Shown: positions 37,480 through 47,733 of the stretch, in pieces
Position numbering within the stretch: the stretch's first letter is position 1
Layout of the letters: the number at the start of each line of letters is the position of its first letter
NCBI GenBank assembly: GCA_039818205.1
Contig: JBCBUK010000013.1
Span: 1-64,000 of the forward strand
Direction of reading: 5' to 3'
From: Verrucomicrobiota bacterium
GTDB lineage: Bacteria; Verrucomicrobiota; Verrucomicrobiia; Opitutales; Cerasicoccaceae
DNA: 64,000 nt
Notes under the pieces: generated by a model
What the model was told of the DNA's origin: nothing
Seen by the model: the letters and a program-made list of their open reading frames with translations, nothing else
Database searches by the model: none
Program-made: the position numbers and the translations under genes

Positions 37480-38471
37480 CGGTTGCGTTCGTCGTCGAAG
37501 AAAAAATCGAGTCCGATTGGGTAGTGGTCACTGCCCAAGTCCGGGCCGATATATTGGTCCACTGGCTTCAGCTGATCGGACAGGAAAAAGTGGTCAATTG
37601 GTATCCACAAAATTGGATTCTGGGTGGGCCAGGTGCGCCGCGGAAAGACACTGGTAACGACCGGATCTAAGCGGCTTTGCAATACAAAGTCATCGTAAAA
37701 CACTGACCATGGTGTCGTATTGAAATCGCCCATAACGAGCACGGGCGCTTCGATGGCGCTCTCACTGCTGAACCGCGCAATGGCTTTGAGGGCGTCGTCA
37801 CGGTAGTTCCAGGAGCGTTCGTTGATGGGAGATAGCGCATGGACAAGCAGCAGCATGAGTGGCCCGTCGGGCGTCGATACTTTGTAGGGCAGCGATCCGA
37901 TGCCGGCGAACCCATGCTTTTGTCTAGAGTCGGTCGGTGGATATTTGCTGAGTACCGTGGTTCCGTAGCGATCGCCCCAGAGTTGAGTTCGCTGATAAGG
38001 TAGGATGTCCTTGAGGCCGTCGAGGGTGGGGCGCCATTCATCGGTGATCTCAATCAGCGCAACGAAATCTGGTTCCTGTTCGCGGATCCAGCGTTCGGTT
38101 CGAGAAATCTGTGCATTCTGCGTGTAGACGTTGATGCTCACCGCCCGGTAGACTCGCCCCTCGGTTTGGAAACGCTGCGGGTTGAAATTAAAGATGTAGT
38201 AGCCGTTCCAGAGAAATACCAGGAGGTTAAGCACGAGCAGTACGTGGTAGCGGCGCCAAGCAGCGATCGCGCAGATGATCAAGGCGGCTAAATAATACTG
38301 CATTTTGAAATTTGCGAATAGCTCGATCCGCCAATCCTCCCGTCCCCAGAATCCTGCGGCCGTCATCGCGACGAGGAGGACCCAGGCGATGAAAAGTACG
38401 AACCGCTCGAAGCCGTGCCAAGTGAGCCACTTGCGGCGGGTTCGGGAAATCATGGTTCCATCCGAACTCAT
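37476..38471 (-). CDS. Membrane-anchored endonuclease/exonuclease/phosphatase family protein
   Basis: N-terminal TMs, 'SINV', 'VMGDFNTTPWS', 'IPIDH', 'GSDHYPI'. Confidence 0.88.
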   Translation of the reverse strand: MSSDGTMISRTRRKWLTWHGFERFVLFIAWVLLVAMTAAGFWGREDWRIELFANFKMQYYLAALIICAIAAWRRYHVLLVLNLLVFLWNGYYIFNFNPQRFQTEGRVYRAVSINVYTQNAQISRTERWIREQEPDFVALIEITDEWRPTLDGLKDILPYQRTQLWGDRYGTTVLSKYPPTDSRQKHGFAGIGSLPYKVSTPDGPLMLLLVHALSPINERSWNYRDDALKAIARFSSESAIEAPVLVMGDFNTTPWSVFYDDFVLQSRLDPVVTSVFPRRTWPTQNPILWIPIDHFFLSDQLKPVDQYIGPDLGSDHYPIGLDFFFDDERNR

Positions 38472-38537
38472 TGGCCGACCCTTTCGGTAGCACGAAAAAG
38501 GCTTGCAGCACCGAACGGGAGCTGGCGCCTTTGTCCT

Positions 38538-38933
38538 ATGCGTCGACTTTCCATCATTTGCTTTGGTCTACTCGTCTTGCTGGGCGGCTGTCAAACCATG
38601 CCGTCGTCAGATTCCGCAGTTCCGAGCGGTGCAGTTTACCATTTTGTGGCCATTTGGCTCAAGAATCCCGAAGACGAGTCCGCGCGTGCGGCTATTGCTG
38701 AAAAGTGCGTTCTCTGGCGGAGCTATCCGGGTGTCCGCTCGGTAACTTTTGGCCAGGGCCTGCCGGGAGGGCGCTCCATTGTTCAAGATTACGACATGGG
38801 CATCCTGATGGTTTTTAAAAGCGAGGCGGCTTTGCGTAAGTATGAACAGGATCCGGCGCACAAAGAGGCGGTAAAGACCGTCCTTGCTCCGGTGGCGGCC
38901 AAGGTCCAGGTCTATGATTTCAAGGTCGAGTAG
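38538..38933 (+). CDS. Dabb (stress-responsive A/B barrel) lipoprotein
   Basis: Lipobox LGGC, 'HFVAIWLK', 'YEQDPAH', 'VYDF'. Confidence 0.8.
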   Translation: MRRLSIICFGLLVLLGGCQTMPSSDSAVPSGAVYHFVAIWLKNPEDESARAAIAEKCVLWRSYPGVRSVTFGQGLPGGRSIVQDYDMGILMVFKSEAALRKYEQDPAHKEAVKTVLAPVAAKVQVYDFKVE

Positions 38934-39020
38934 GCGATTCCGGCGCCTCAATAAGTTCGAGTGGCGTTGTCTTGCCGCTTGACCTTTTCATTGTGGCCCG
39001 CATCTTGCGTCAAATTGTCT

Positions 39021-39692
39021 ATGTTTCAACGCACGATTGTATTACTGGTTTCGCTGGCTGCCGGGTCTTTGACTTGGGCGCAGGATTCATCGTCGAGCCG
39101 TCCGCTTCCCCACGAGGAGATGGCGACCCAAGATGCTCAGGACACCCAGCAAGTGGGTGCTACCATTGCCAACCCTGGGCATGAGGTCCACGACAGTGAC
39201 GGTTGGGACTGGCTGCCGACGCTTGATTGGGAGTTCCGCTTCAAAGAGGATCAGCCCAATTTTGCGATCAACGCGACCATTTACGCCTACCATTTTAATC
39301 CTGAACTGGAACCATTTGAGGAGCCGCTCAACGACTGGACATGGGGCATCGGTTTTAATTACGAGCTGATCCGTGATCCAGATTTTATCTGGTCGGTCAA
39401 TGCCGATATCGTGCCCTTCGACTCGACGCGTGACTTTGCGGCCGACATTGGAACCTCGATTCAATGGCACAACCCGGTCGTCGATGTGGGCGCTCAGTTC
39501 ATGATTTTATACAAGCGGAATTTCGAGAATGAATGGGGCGTTCCAGTTGGGCCAGCGTTGTTCCCATACCTGCAGCGGGAGTTCGATTTTTTTGCTCTTC
39601 GGATGTATTGGATTCCGCCGGTTCGGAAGGCTTCCGACAACCAGGTCATCTTCCAGGTAATGGTTCCCATCGGAACGACCAGCGGCCTCTAG
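39021..39692 (+). CDS. Putative outer-membrane beta-barrel protein
   Basis: Signal peptide; alternating aromatic strands ('YAYHF', 'WGIGFNYE'). Confidence 0.55.
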   Translation: MFQRTIVLLVSLAAGSLTWAQDSSSSRPLPHEEMATQDAQDTQQVGATIANPGHEVHDSDGWDWLPTLDWEFRFKEDQPNFAINATIYAYHFNPELEPFEEPLNDWTWGIGFNYELIRDPDFIWSVNADIVPFDSTRDFAADIGTSIQWHNPVVDVGAQFMILYKRNFENEWGVPVGPALFPYLQREFDFFALRMYWIPPVRKASDNQVIFQVMVPIGTTSGL

Positions 39693-39706
39693 TCGCTGTC
39701 GCTGCT

Positions 39707-40978
39707 TTAAAACGTAATAGCAGACTGGAAACCGACGACGACCGCATTGTCGATAGTCGTGAGCCCATTGGGGCGTATTATGTATTGCAAATCGGGCTGA
39801 AACTGCAGCCAGGGCGTTACCTGGATTAAGTAGGTGAGCTCGAGGTTGGTTTCGTGGTTCTGCCCATTGAGTGCGCGGCTAAACCAAGCGCGTGCTGCGC
39901 CAAAGGCAAGGGAATCCTCGGTACGGCCCGGAAAAATGCCTTGGTAGACGAACCCTCCAGATACAAACCACGGGATCGGAGCCATGCGTTGGGGCCCTGA
40001 CCACGAGCCTTGAGCCCAGAGGGTCAGGCCCAGGTCATCGGAATCCTCGCCGGCGATCAATTGCTGTTCCAGGATTACCCAGGCCGCGCCTAGACCATTG
40101 TTTGTTTGGGCGCCATTTTGAGGCGGGTTAAGGAGGTCGAATTTCGCAGTGTCGTAGTAGCCGCCGAGGGTTGCCTTACCGACCAACGATTCTTCGCCGA
40201 AGAAATCAGCCTCCCAGCGGTGATCCACTTCTGCCATGAAAAGGGTTCCGCGTAGCGGGTTGAAGTGGAAGTCGACCCCACGCTTCGAGGGATCGGTGAT
40301 ATCCGAACGCGACGTATTGGCGAGGCCCAACGAAACTGACCACCGTTCGGTGATTTTGCCATCCATTTGCACCATCCACAAGGCGCCGGGCTCCCCCTCG
40401 AAGTTGACGTTGTTCTCAGTGAGGCTCCACGGTGTGTCGTCGTAGGCGAGGCTCACATAGTTGTACCAGATTGCGCTGTCCGAGAAGTAGTCCCCCGGGG
40501 TAATGCGGCCAACACGGAAACTGATGCCGTCTACCTCCCGCGCGAGATAGAGCTCGGCGAGGCCGACCGGGACAACGCCGCTGAACAGATTGGACGGCGC
40601 TATGGCGCTTCCGATGTTGGAGGATAGATCGCGCCCCTCGGCGTTGTAGCCGGTGCCAAATAAACGCCATCCCTCGAGTCCCGGGTCTCCAATCAGTTTC
40701 TCGAGATCGATGTCGAAGCCAAAGAATCCAAGCGTCGAATACTGGGTGGCCGATTCGAGCCCGCCCGTAGGGTTGGATAGAACATCGACTGAATAGTTTG
40801 CGATGAAGGTGATGCCTTGGTCGCGTTTTAGATCGGCTCGCCAGTCGTTAACGTCAATCAAGTAGTCTCGGGAAAGCCAATCGGTGACTGGCGGATTCTC
40901 AATCTCGGGTGGCTTTACCTTTTGACCGCGCGCAGCGGGAGGAGTGAGCGCAACCACCAGGCAACAAATAACGATCAT
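39707..40978 (-). CDS. OprB family carbohydrate porin
   Basis: 'SNPTGG', 'LELTYLIQVTPWLQFQPDLQYIIRP', terminal Phe; start uncertain. Confidence 0.88.
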   Translation of the reverse strand: MIVICCLVVALTPPAARGQKVKPPEIENPPVTDWLSRDYLIDVNDWRADLKRDQGITFIANYSVDVLSNPTGGLESATQYSTLGFFGFDIDLEKLIGDPGLEGWRLFGTGYNAEGRDLSSNIGSAIAPSNLFSGVVPVGLAELYLAREVDGISFRVGRITPGDYFSDSAIWYNYVSLAYDDTPWSLTENNVNFEGEPGALWMVQMDGKITERWSVSLGLANTSRSDITDPSKRGVDFHFNPLRGTLFMAEVDHRWEADFFGEESLVGKATLGGYYDTAKFDLLNPPQNGAQTNNGLGAAWVILEQQLIAGEDSDDLGLTLWAQGSWSGPQRMAPIPWFVSGGFVYQGIFPGRTEDSLAFGAARAWFSRALNGQNHETNLELTYLIQVTPWLQFQPDLQYIIRPNGLTTIDNAVVVGFQSAITF

Positions 40979-41072
40979 CCACCGCCACGGTAGATGGACA
41001 AATTTTGTTATATTAGCGTAACGGGCTAATTCAGCGTTGCGGCGCATCGGGGAGAGACCCTATGCTCTGGAA

Positions 41073-42470
41073 ATGAAACAGGTCAAGCATCTCGATGAGC
41101 ATAACGAACCCCTGAACTTTACCTATGCCGACCGTCACATGGATCAGACGGTCTCCAAATACGCCATTCCCGAGGAGGGGATGGACGCTCGTGTGGCCTA
41201 CCAGGTCGTCAAGGACGAGCTGAATCTTGACGGCAACCCCGCGTTGAATCTCGCCAGTTTCGTCACAACGTGGATGGAGCCTGAAGCCGATCAGCTCCTT
41301 CATGAAACGGCCAACAAGAATCTCGTCGACCAAGACGAGTACCCGCAAACCGAGGAGATTCATCAACGGGTCGTGAGCATGATGGGCCGCATGCTCAATG
41401 CGCCGAAAGAATGTGAGCCCGTTGGCACCTGTACGGTGGGTTCCTCCGAAGCAATTATGCTTGGCTTGCTTGCACATAAGTGGAGCTGGAAAAAGCGCCG
41501 CGAAGAGGCGGGCTTGTCCAAAGAGAATCCGAACGTTGTTTTCTCGGCCGATGTGCACACCTGCTGGGAAAAGTTTGCGCGTTACTTTGACGTCGAGATG
41601 CGAGTGGTTCCGTTGAAGAAGGACCAGTTCTTTATGACCGCTGACCAGCTTCCCGAGTATGTCGATGAGAATACCATCGCGGTCGGTTGCGTTATTGGAA
41701 CGACGTTTACTGGACAGCTTGACGATGTTCGCGGAATCAATGATTACCTCCTCAAGTTGAAGGCCGAAAAGGGTTGGGATATTCCGATCCACTGCGATGG
41801 CGCTAGCGGAGGTTTTGTCGCCCCGTTCGTCTACCCTGAGGTCGAGTGGGACTTCCGCCTAGAACAGGTGAAGTCCGTCAACATATCGAACCACAAGTTT
41901 GGCCTCGTTTATCCCGGAATCGGAACGGTGGTCTTCCGTGATCGGAGTGACCTACCCGAAGAGCTCGTGTTTAACATCACCTACTTGGGCGGTTCCATGC
42001 CGAACTACAGCCTCAACTTTTCCCGCGCCTCGTCGATGGTGCTGCTCCAATACTACAACTTCCTTCGCCTCGGCCAGGAAGGATACCGCCGCATCATGAA
42101 GAACATCATGGACAATGCGCAGTATCTTGAAGGTAAGCTGATGGAACTTGGTGTGTTTGAGCTGCTCAATGAGTCGAAGTATCTCCCAACGGTGACGGTT
42201 CGCCTCAAGGACCACAGCGCGCCGAACAAAATCATCTATATTTTGAGTGATCTCCTCCGTCAGTACGGTTGGATTGTGCCCGCTTACGCTCTTCCGCCCA
42301 GTGCGGACGAAGTGCATGTTCTCCGCATGGTGGTGAAGGAGAACTTCTCTCGCGACATGGCTGAGAAGTTCGCTGAAGATATGAAACTTTGCCTCGCAAC
42401 GTTGGAAGAACGCGCGACGGATTACGACAAGCTCATCGCTGAAACCAAAGATAAAGGGCGGATCTGCTAG
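41073..42470 (+). CDS. gadB: Glutamate decarboxylase
   Basis: 'LDGNPALNLASFVTTWME', 'GSSEAIML', 'IHCDGASGGF', 'SNHKFGLVYPG'. Confidence 0.93.
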   Translation: MKQVKHLDEHNEPLNFTYADRHMDQTVSKYAIPEEGMDARVAYQVVKDELNLDGNPALNLASFVTTWMEPEADQLLHETANKNLVDQDEYPQTEEIHQRVVSMMGRMLNAPKECEPVGTCTVGSSEAIMLGLLAHKWSWKKRREEAGLSKENPNVVFSADVHTCWEKFARYFDVEMRVVPLKKDQFFMTADQLPEYVDENTIAVGCVIGTTFTGQLDDVRGINDYLLKLKAEKGWDIPIHCDGASGGFVAPFVYPEVEWDFRLEQVKSVNISNHKFGLVYPGIGTVVFRDRSDLPEELVFNITYLGGSMPNYSLNFSRASSMVLLQYYNFLRLGQEGYRRIMKNIMDNAQYLEGKLMELGVFELLNESKYLPTVTVRLKDHSAPNKIIYILSDLLRQYGWIVPAYALPPSADEVHVLRMVVKENFSRDMAEKFAEDMKLCLATLEERATDYDKLIAETKDKGRIC

Positions 42471-42551
42471 TTTTGGGTATTAGTGATTTCTTGATCATTT
42501 TTTGACAGTTTAGCAAGTTGACCTGGGACGCATGTGCGATAATAGTTACGC

Positions 42552-43133
42552 ATGCGTTCTCTGCTTGCTTGCTTATCGATCTCTATGTCCGCGTTGGCTT
42601 CTCATGCGGCTTTGGTAGTGAATTTTGATCAGGTTGGGCCGGACGTCGTTGTCTCGACGTTTGGGTCAATCGATTTGACCGGAGCACCAATTCCAACCCC
42701 TTTTAATTTGAGTGGCGCGGGCGTACAAGCTGCAGCTGGCGACTTGGTTGTAAGCGGGTCGGTGTTTGGTGAAAGTTATTTCGGTTTTTTCACTGTGGTG
42801 CCCGGTCCGCTTGGTCCATTTGGGCTGACATTCGCTAGTGGTGAAGGGGGCGACGCTCTCGCCATTCTAAGTTCTAGTAACGAGCTCGTGCTGCCCACTG
42901 GTTACGTTTCCAATACGAATATCAATGCGAGTTCTGTTTACTTTGGGCACACATTTGCAACTATTGGGCTTACGCCGGGAACCTACGTGGGGACGTTGAC
43001 CAATGGCGATACCGCTACAATCAACATTGGGGTTGTTCCTGAACCCTCGACTTATATCGCATTTGGCGGCTTTGTTGGATTGTCTGCTTTCGTTTGCTAT
43101 CGCCGCGGGTTATCTAAGTCCGCAGCAAGTTAA
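42552..43133 (+). CDS. PEP-CTERM exosortase-target protein
   Basis: Signal peptide; C-terminal 'VPEPSTY' + TM + RR. Confidence 0.88.
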   Translation: MRSLLACLSISMSALASHAALVVNFDQVGPDVVVSTFGSIDLTGAPIPTPFNLSGAGVQAAAGDLVVSGSVFGESYFGFFTVVPGPLGPFGLTFASGEGGDALAILSSSNELVLPTGYVSNTNINASSVYFGHTFATIGLTPGTYVGTLTNGDTATINIGVVPEPSTYIAFGGFVGLSAFVCYRRGLSKSAAS

Positions 43134-44544
43134 AGCGGCGTGGGTCGAGGAACTGATCGAGCACTTGCTCACGCGATGCGTATGAGAGGGGCTCGATCTC
43201 TGAGGCAGCGACCTTCTGATAAATGTTGAACAAATTTTCGCCGTACTGCTCGAGGCTAAATGCCTCGGCGATTAATTCACGGTTTGCGATAATCGTTGCC
43301 TGCGACGGTCGCTCGAGGACATTCGGCTTAATTGCCTCACGTGCAGAGGAATCATTGTTGAGGCGCGTGATGACCTTTTCCTGAAGCGGTTCAGAAAGTC
43401 GACCAAACTCGATGCGTTCTCCAGCCGTCATCGAGGCAAATGCAATCTCAACGGCGTGTCCCGGCATATCACGGTTGTAGGCGGCGTAGTAGGCGCGCAG
43501 GCCCTGTTCGAGGGTCGCCCGAACGGTGTCTTCTCCAAGCCAGCTAGTCGGCACCAGCATGCGATCGTAAAGATTGTTTAGCTCCACCCCTGCCTTCGAA
43601 AAATCGCTGGTAATGTCTGGGATGTTCCGCCCGACGAGCGGTTGGTCGAACAAATAAGGCTCAAGAAAGGCCAAGCCAAATCCTTCAGCGACACTAGTAG
43701 TGATGATTGCGTCTGCGCCTGCCATCATCGCTGGAAACGATATGTCGGTTTCCTCCCCCAGCGCAAAACGAACGGGTAGGCCGATGCCTTTGGCGAACTC
43801 GCGCCAGCGATTGTGAATCGGTTTGGCGGTCGGGTTCGATGGGCTCAGGGTCGTGGCCAACACGGTATCCTCATCAGCAATCGCCGCCCACAGGAGTATC
43901 TCACCAAGGTTCTTGCGGCGAATCGCCCGCGTTGGGTAGAGAAGTAGACGCTTGTCCGAAAACTCCGGCAATGGTTGCTTCTCAACGTTGAGCTTGTTCA
44001 ACGATACCGGATTGGGTAGTAGATGCAAACTTTGCGATGCAAAGCCACAGTCAGTCAGATAACTCAGATCACGTGAATTGAGCAGACCGTAATGCACTTG
44101 CGATCCCTGCGGATAGAGCTTCTTCAGGTTGGGAATCAGCTTCTCCATTGAGGCGTAATTGCTCGGGCGCCCGTCCTCGGCGAAATCATGGACCTGCAAC
44201 AGCACGGGTTTCTCGGCTGCAATGCGATCGATCACCTGCGGTATAGCGGTGTTTTTGCCAAGGCAATGATTGTGGATATGCCAGATGTCGGGTTCACCCT
44301 CGAGCGCATCACGAGCCGCCTTGCGCATGTTGAACCACAACGCGCCAGGATCAGGTTTCTCGTTGGGCTGTGTGTAAGCCAAACCGGGTACAACTGTATG
44401 AGGCAGGGCGGCATCACCGGTGTACGGCTCGCTGGTCAGAGCAACCATTTCCACGTCCCGCCCTTGCAATGCCGCAAAAGCGTTTTCCATAACCCGGGTG
44501 ACTCCGCCGGGCTTGAGATGATAGTGAACAGTGGCTACACGCAT
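43114..44544 (-). CDS. GT-B glycosyltransferase adjacent to gpgS
   Basis: 'HYHLKPGGVTRV', 'YPTRAIRRKNLGE', 'TTSVAEGFGLAFLEP'. Confidence 0.8.
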   Translation of the reverse strand: MRVATVHYHLKPGGVTRVMENAFAALQGRDVEMVALTSEPYTGDAALPHTVVPGLAYTQPNEKPDPGALWFNMRKAARDALEGEPDIWHIHNHCLGKNTAIPQVIDRIAAEKPVLLQVHDFAEDGRPSNYASMEKLIPNLKKLYPQGSQVHYGLLNSRDLSYLTDCGFASQSLHLLPNPVSLNKLNVEKQPLPEFSDKRLLLYPTRAIRRKNLGEILLWAAIADEDTVLATTLSPSNPTAKPIHNRWREFAKGIGLPVRFALGEETDISFPAMMAGADAIITTSVAEGFGLAFLEPYLFDQPLVGRNIPDITSDFSKAGVELNNLYDRMLVPTSWLGEDTVRATLEQGLRAYYAAYNRDMPGHAVEIAFASMTAGERIEFGRLSEPLQEKVITRLNNDSSAREAIKPNVLERPSQATIIANRELIAEAFSLEQYGENLFNIYQKVAASEIEPLSYASREQVLDQFLDPRRFNLLRT

Positions 44545-44602
44545 TGGTGCTAAGCAATTATGCCCCGAGATGGTGGGCGATGATTCTGCAGTATCGTATC
44601 AC

Positions 44603-45577
44603 CTAGTAGCCCATCTTTTCGCGGTATTGCGGAATCTCGATCATTGGCGGTCGCTCTTCTTCAACGATGTTGTACTTGGTTTGCTCGTACTGTTGGTCGT
44701 TGACTTGGAATTGCCGCAGGATGTTGTGCATTTCCGGCAGCTGGCCTTCCATGCCCATTCCTTGCATCCGACCGAGGAAACTCTGCAGAATACCAAAACT
44801 CATTTTACCAAGTGACAGCGTTTCCTGGTTGCGGTGCACACGCTTGTCCAGGTCGGTCTGTCCAAAAGCTTCGAGTCCCCATTCCTTATAGACATCCATG
44901 ATATGCGATGTCTCGACTCCGTAGCCAATCGGGAAAGGCAGGCGCTCCAATACATGACGACGCACGGCGTATTCTCCCGATAGTGGTTGGACCAAGCCAG
45001 TCAACTCTGGATAAAAAAGCGAGAATAGCGGACGGACGAGGATCTCGGTCACACGGCCGCCACCAGATGGGCGAACACCTTGGGAGAACGCTAATGGGCG
45101 GTCATAGAACGCCTTTACGTAGCTGATCTCCTCGCGGTAAAGCAGGGGAGCGACGAGGCCGTAGCAGAAGCGCGGGTGGATGTTTTTGATGTCAGCGTCG
45201 ACGTAGCAAATGATGTCACCTTTGAGTTGGTGAATTGCCTTCCACAGGTTCTCTCCCTTGCCGCGTTTGTGTCCTTGCTCAGGTAGAATGTCGCCCGCAA
45301 AATAGGTGTCGGCTCCGAACGATGAAGCGACTTCCAAAGTTTTGTCCGTCGATCCCGAATCGATCACCGCAATTTCGTCCACGAGCGGATAGCGTTCCAT
45401 CAGCTCGGAGCGGAAGATAACGATCTCTTTTCCGATCGTGGCTTCTTCATTCAGCGTTGGAATGCAGAGGGAAACGGTTAGGCCCGTTTTCTCCTTTTGT
45501 TTCAACAACTCCAGTTGGTCAAAAAACTGGCTGTGGTGAAACGTGTTTCTTTTAATCCATTTCTCAATCTTCGGCAT
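44603..45577 (-). CDS. gpgS: Glucosyl-3-phosphoglycerate synthase
   Basis: 'IPTLNEEATIG', 'DSGSTD', 'GKGENLW', 'GGRVTEILVRPL', 'QPLSGEYA', 'GYGVE'. Confidence 0.9.
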   Translation of the reverse strand: MPKIEKWIKRNTFHHSQFFDQLELLKQKEKTGLTVSLCIPTLNEEATIGKEIVIFRSELMERYPLVDEIAVIDSGSTDKTLEVASSFGADTYFAGDILPEQGHKRGKGENLWKAIHQLKGDIICYVDADIKNIHPRFCYGLVAPLLYREEISYVKAFYDRPLAFSQGVRPSGGGRVTEILVRPLFSLFYPELTGLVQPLSGEYAVRRHVLERLPFPIGYGVETSHIMDVYKEWGLEAFGQTDLDKRVHRNQETLSLGKMSFGILQSFLGRMQGMGMEGQLPEMHNILRQFQVNDQQYEQTKYNIVEEERPPMIEIPQYREKMGY

Positions 45578-46736
45578 CGCAAAGTCCTCCATCGATGGCT
45601 TGTAGCAGGGTGATGAGTTGAGCCAGGCCGGTGAAAATCGGATCAATCTCAATGGTTTCTAAATTGCCGTGGCGATTCTCTCCCTGGGTTAGCCCAATGA
45701 CGAGCGAAGGGATTTCGCGACTGATCATGGCGCTGAGCTCTCCCGTGGAAGGTGCGGCATGGTCCTCCACTTCCAGTGCCTTTAGAATCCTGCGTCCGGT
45801 TTTAACCAGTGGGTGCTTGAAGCTGATCGAGGTGTTTTTGCGTTTGGCCACGATGTTCAGGTCGATCGATGCTCCGGAGATAGAGCTGGTCTCAGCAACG
45901 ACATCCTCAATTTGCTCGAATACCTGCGCAGCAATTCCGGAGCCTTCACTGCGGACCTCGAACCGTAATTCAGCGGTGCGCGAGGGAGTGTTGTAAGTCG
46001 TCCCGGCGTCGACGGATCCCAATATGATCTGCGTCACGGGATCGGTTGGCAGCGGGATCTCTTGAATCTTGGTCAGCAGGCGGTTGAGCACTGGAATAGC
46101 ACCCCCGCTGGAAAGGCTTCCGGCCGATGCCTTCCGCGAAATTGAGCACTCGATGAGGCCGCGAATGACTCCCAATGAGCTGTAGCTAAGACGCCCGAGG
46201 GTGCCGCCTTCGCAGATTACTCCGGCTCGCATCGAAAGGCATTTGTTATCTAGGAAGAAGCGCATCCCCTCAATGTCGCCACGCCCCATGCTCCGGGTGC
46301 TTCCAAGGAGGACAATGTTGTCGTCGAATTGAATGTCGAGCTGATCGAAGAGAGTGGGCAAGGTCGCGACGGCGGCACAGCCCAGCGAATTGTCCATGAT
46401 GCTTGGCCCAGTGATCGAGTTTGGCGAAACGGATATCGCATGGTCGACCGATTTGGCAAAAGGAGAATCTAAGTGTGCGCTAACGAGGATGTTTCGATCA
46501 CCCTTCTTCCCCGGCCAGATGCCAGCAGCATTGCCTTTCTCGTCGGTGGCGACGCTTTGGCAGCGGGCTTCGATCAAACGGTCCATCATGAAGCGGGCCC
46601 GCTCCGCCTCATCAAAGGTCGGCGACGGAATCTCACTAAACATTACGGCGTTTGCCAAAAGCAGTTCACGCTTGGAGGACAGGCGTTCCTGGAGATCAGG
46701 AAGCGCCGCTAAGAGGTCATTAATAGCGTCAGGCAT
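45564..46736 (-). CDS. M20/M28 family metallopeptidase-like protein
   Basis: 'IPSPTFDE', 'SAHLDS', 'GPSIMDNSLG', C-terminal 'RHGNLE'; some metal ligands look atypical. Confidence 0.75.
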   Translation of the reverse strand: MPDAINDLLAALPDLQERLSSKRELLLANAVMFSEIPSPTFDEAERARFMMDRLIEARCQSVATDEKGNAAGIWPGKKGDRNILVSAHLDSPFAKSVDHAISVSPNSITGPSIMDNSLGCAAVATLPTLFDQLDIQFDDNIVLLGSTRSMGRGDIEGMRFFLDNKCLSMRAGVICEGGTLGRLSYSSLGVIRGLIECSISRKASAGSLSSGGAIPVLNRLLTKIQEIPLPTDPVTQIILGSVDAGTTYNTPSRTAELRFEVRSEGSGIAAQVFEQIEDVVAETSSISGASIDLNIVAKRKNTSISFKHPLVKTGRRILKALEVEDHAAPSTGELSAMISREIPSLVIGLTQGENRHGNLETIEIDPIFTGLAQLITLLQAIDGGLCDAED

Positions 46737-46835
46737 AGCTCGGGATTGAATTTACAGGCATAGCACATCCCCTGCCAATTGTTTTTTATCGCCGTGGGTT
46801 TCCGGGATGCTAGTTTGGATCCACTATTATACCTC

Positions 46836-47306
46836 ATGGCGTCGATCAAGCACCACCGAAAAGCTGCGCAGCCTATCCCAATTGGTTGGAAAGAGACCAT
46901 TGATTTGCCGGAATGGGGAATTCGCAATCTTGTCGCCAAAGCGGATACTGGAGCCAAGAGTTCTGCCATTGATGTGCGTGACATCGAATCGTTGCCCGAT
47001 GGCAAGGTACGGTTTGTGATCTCGGTCGACCGCCGAAATGAGACCTTGCAGCAAACCGTTGTTGCCGACGTGGTTAAGGAGCAAAAGGTTAAGTCCAGTA
47101 ATGGCGTGATTCAGCATCGCTTGAAGGTGGATACCCTGCTACAGATTGGACCAATCCAAAAGCGAGTGACATTTTCGCTGGTGAATCGACACCGCATGAT
47201 CTGCCGAGCCATCCTCGGGCGGGAAGCCCTCGCTGGAGACTTTGTCGTGGATTCAGTCAGGAAGTATATCCACGGAACCCGTAAACGCCCCGTAGTTGAA
47301 ACCTAA
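46836..47306 (+). CDS. RimK-associated putative protease (retropepsin-like, RimB-like)
   Basis: 'IGWKETIDLP', 'AKADTGAKSSA', 'ILGREAL'. Confidence 0.85.
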   Translation: MASIKHHRKAAQPIPIGWKETIDLPEWGIRNLVAKADTGAKSSAIDVRDIESLPDGKVRFVISVDRRNETLQQTVVADVVKEQKVKSSNGVIQHRLKVDTLLQIGPIQKRVTFSLVNRHRMICRAILGREALAGDFVVDSVRKYIHGTRKRPVVET

Positions 47307-47314
47307 TCGACAGT

Positions 47315-47710
47315 ATGTTTGATCATATCGGCTTTTTCGTCTCGGACTTTGAAACCTCGATCGCGTTCTACGAGGCATGTTTGGAGCCACTTGGAATCAC
47401 GGTCGTCCAGCGTCAGCCAGATTTCAATGCGGCGATCCTTGGCGGCGAGGAAATGTTTCCGTTCATCTGGATTGGTGGTACACCGGAGGACGGTGATTAT
47501 CACGGAACACCGTTAAAACGTGGCTCCAATCGGCCCATGCACCTCGCCCTGAAGGCTCCCAGTGAACTTGCTGTGCGCGAGTTTTACTCCCGTGGGCTTG
47601 CCAGCGGTGGGCGTTGTAACGGAAAGCCCGAGGACTGTGGCGACGGCTACTTCGCGGCCTACCTGATCGATCCCGATGGCAACAATATTGAAGCCGGAAT
47701 TCGTCAATAA
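47315..47710 (+). CDS. VOC/glyoxalase family protein
   Basis: 'MFDHIG', 'HLAL', 'YFAAYLIDPDGNNIEA'. Confidence 0.9.
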   Translation: MFDHIGFFVSDFETSIAFYEACLEPLGITVVQRQPDFNAAILGGEEMFPFIWIGGTPEDGDYHGTPLKRGSNRPMHLALKAPSELAVREFYSRGLASGGRCNGKPEDCGDGYFAAYLIDPDGNNIEAGIRQ

Positions 47711-47733
47711 TCATTAAACCAAAACGACTCCCT

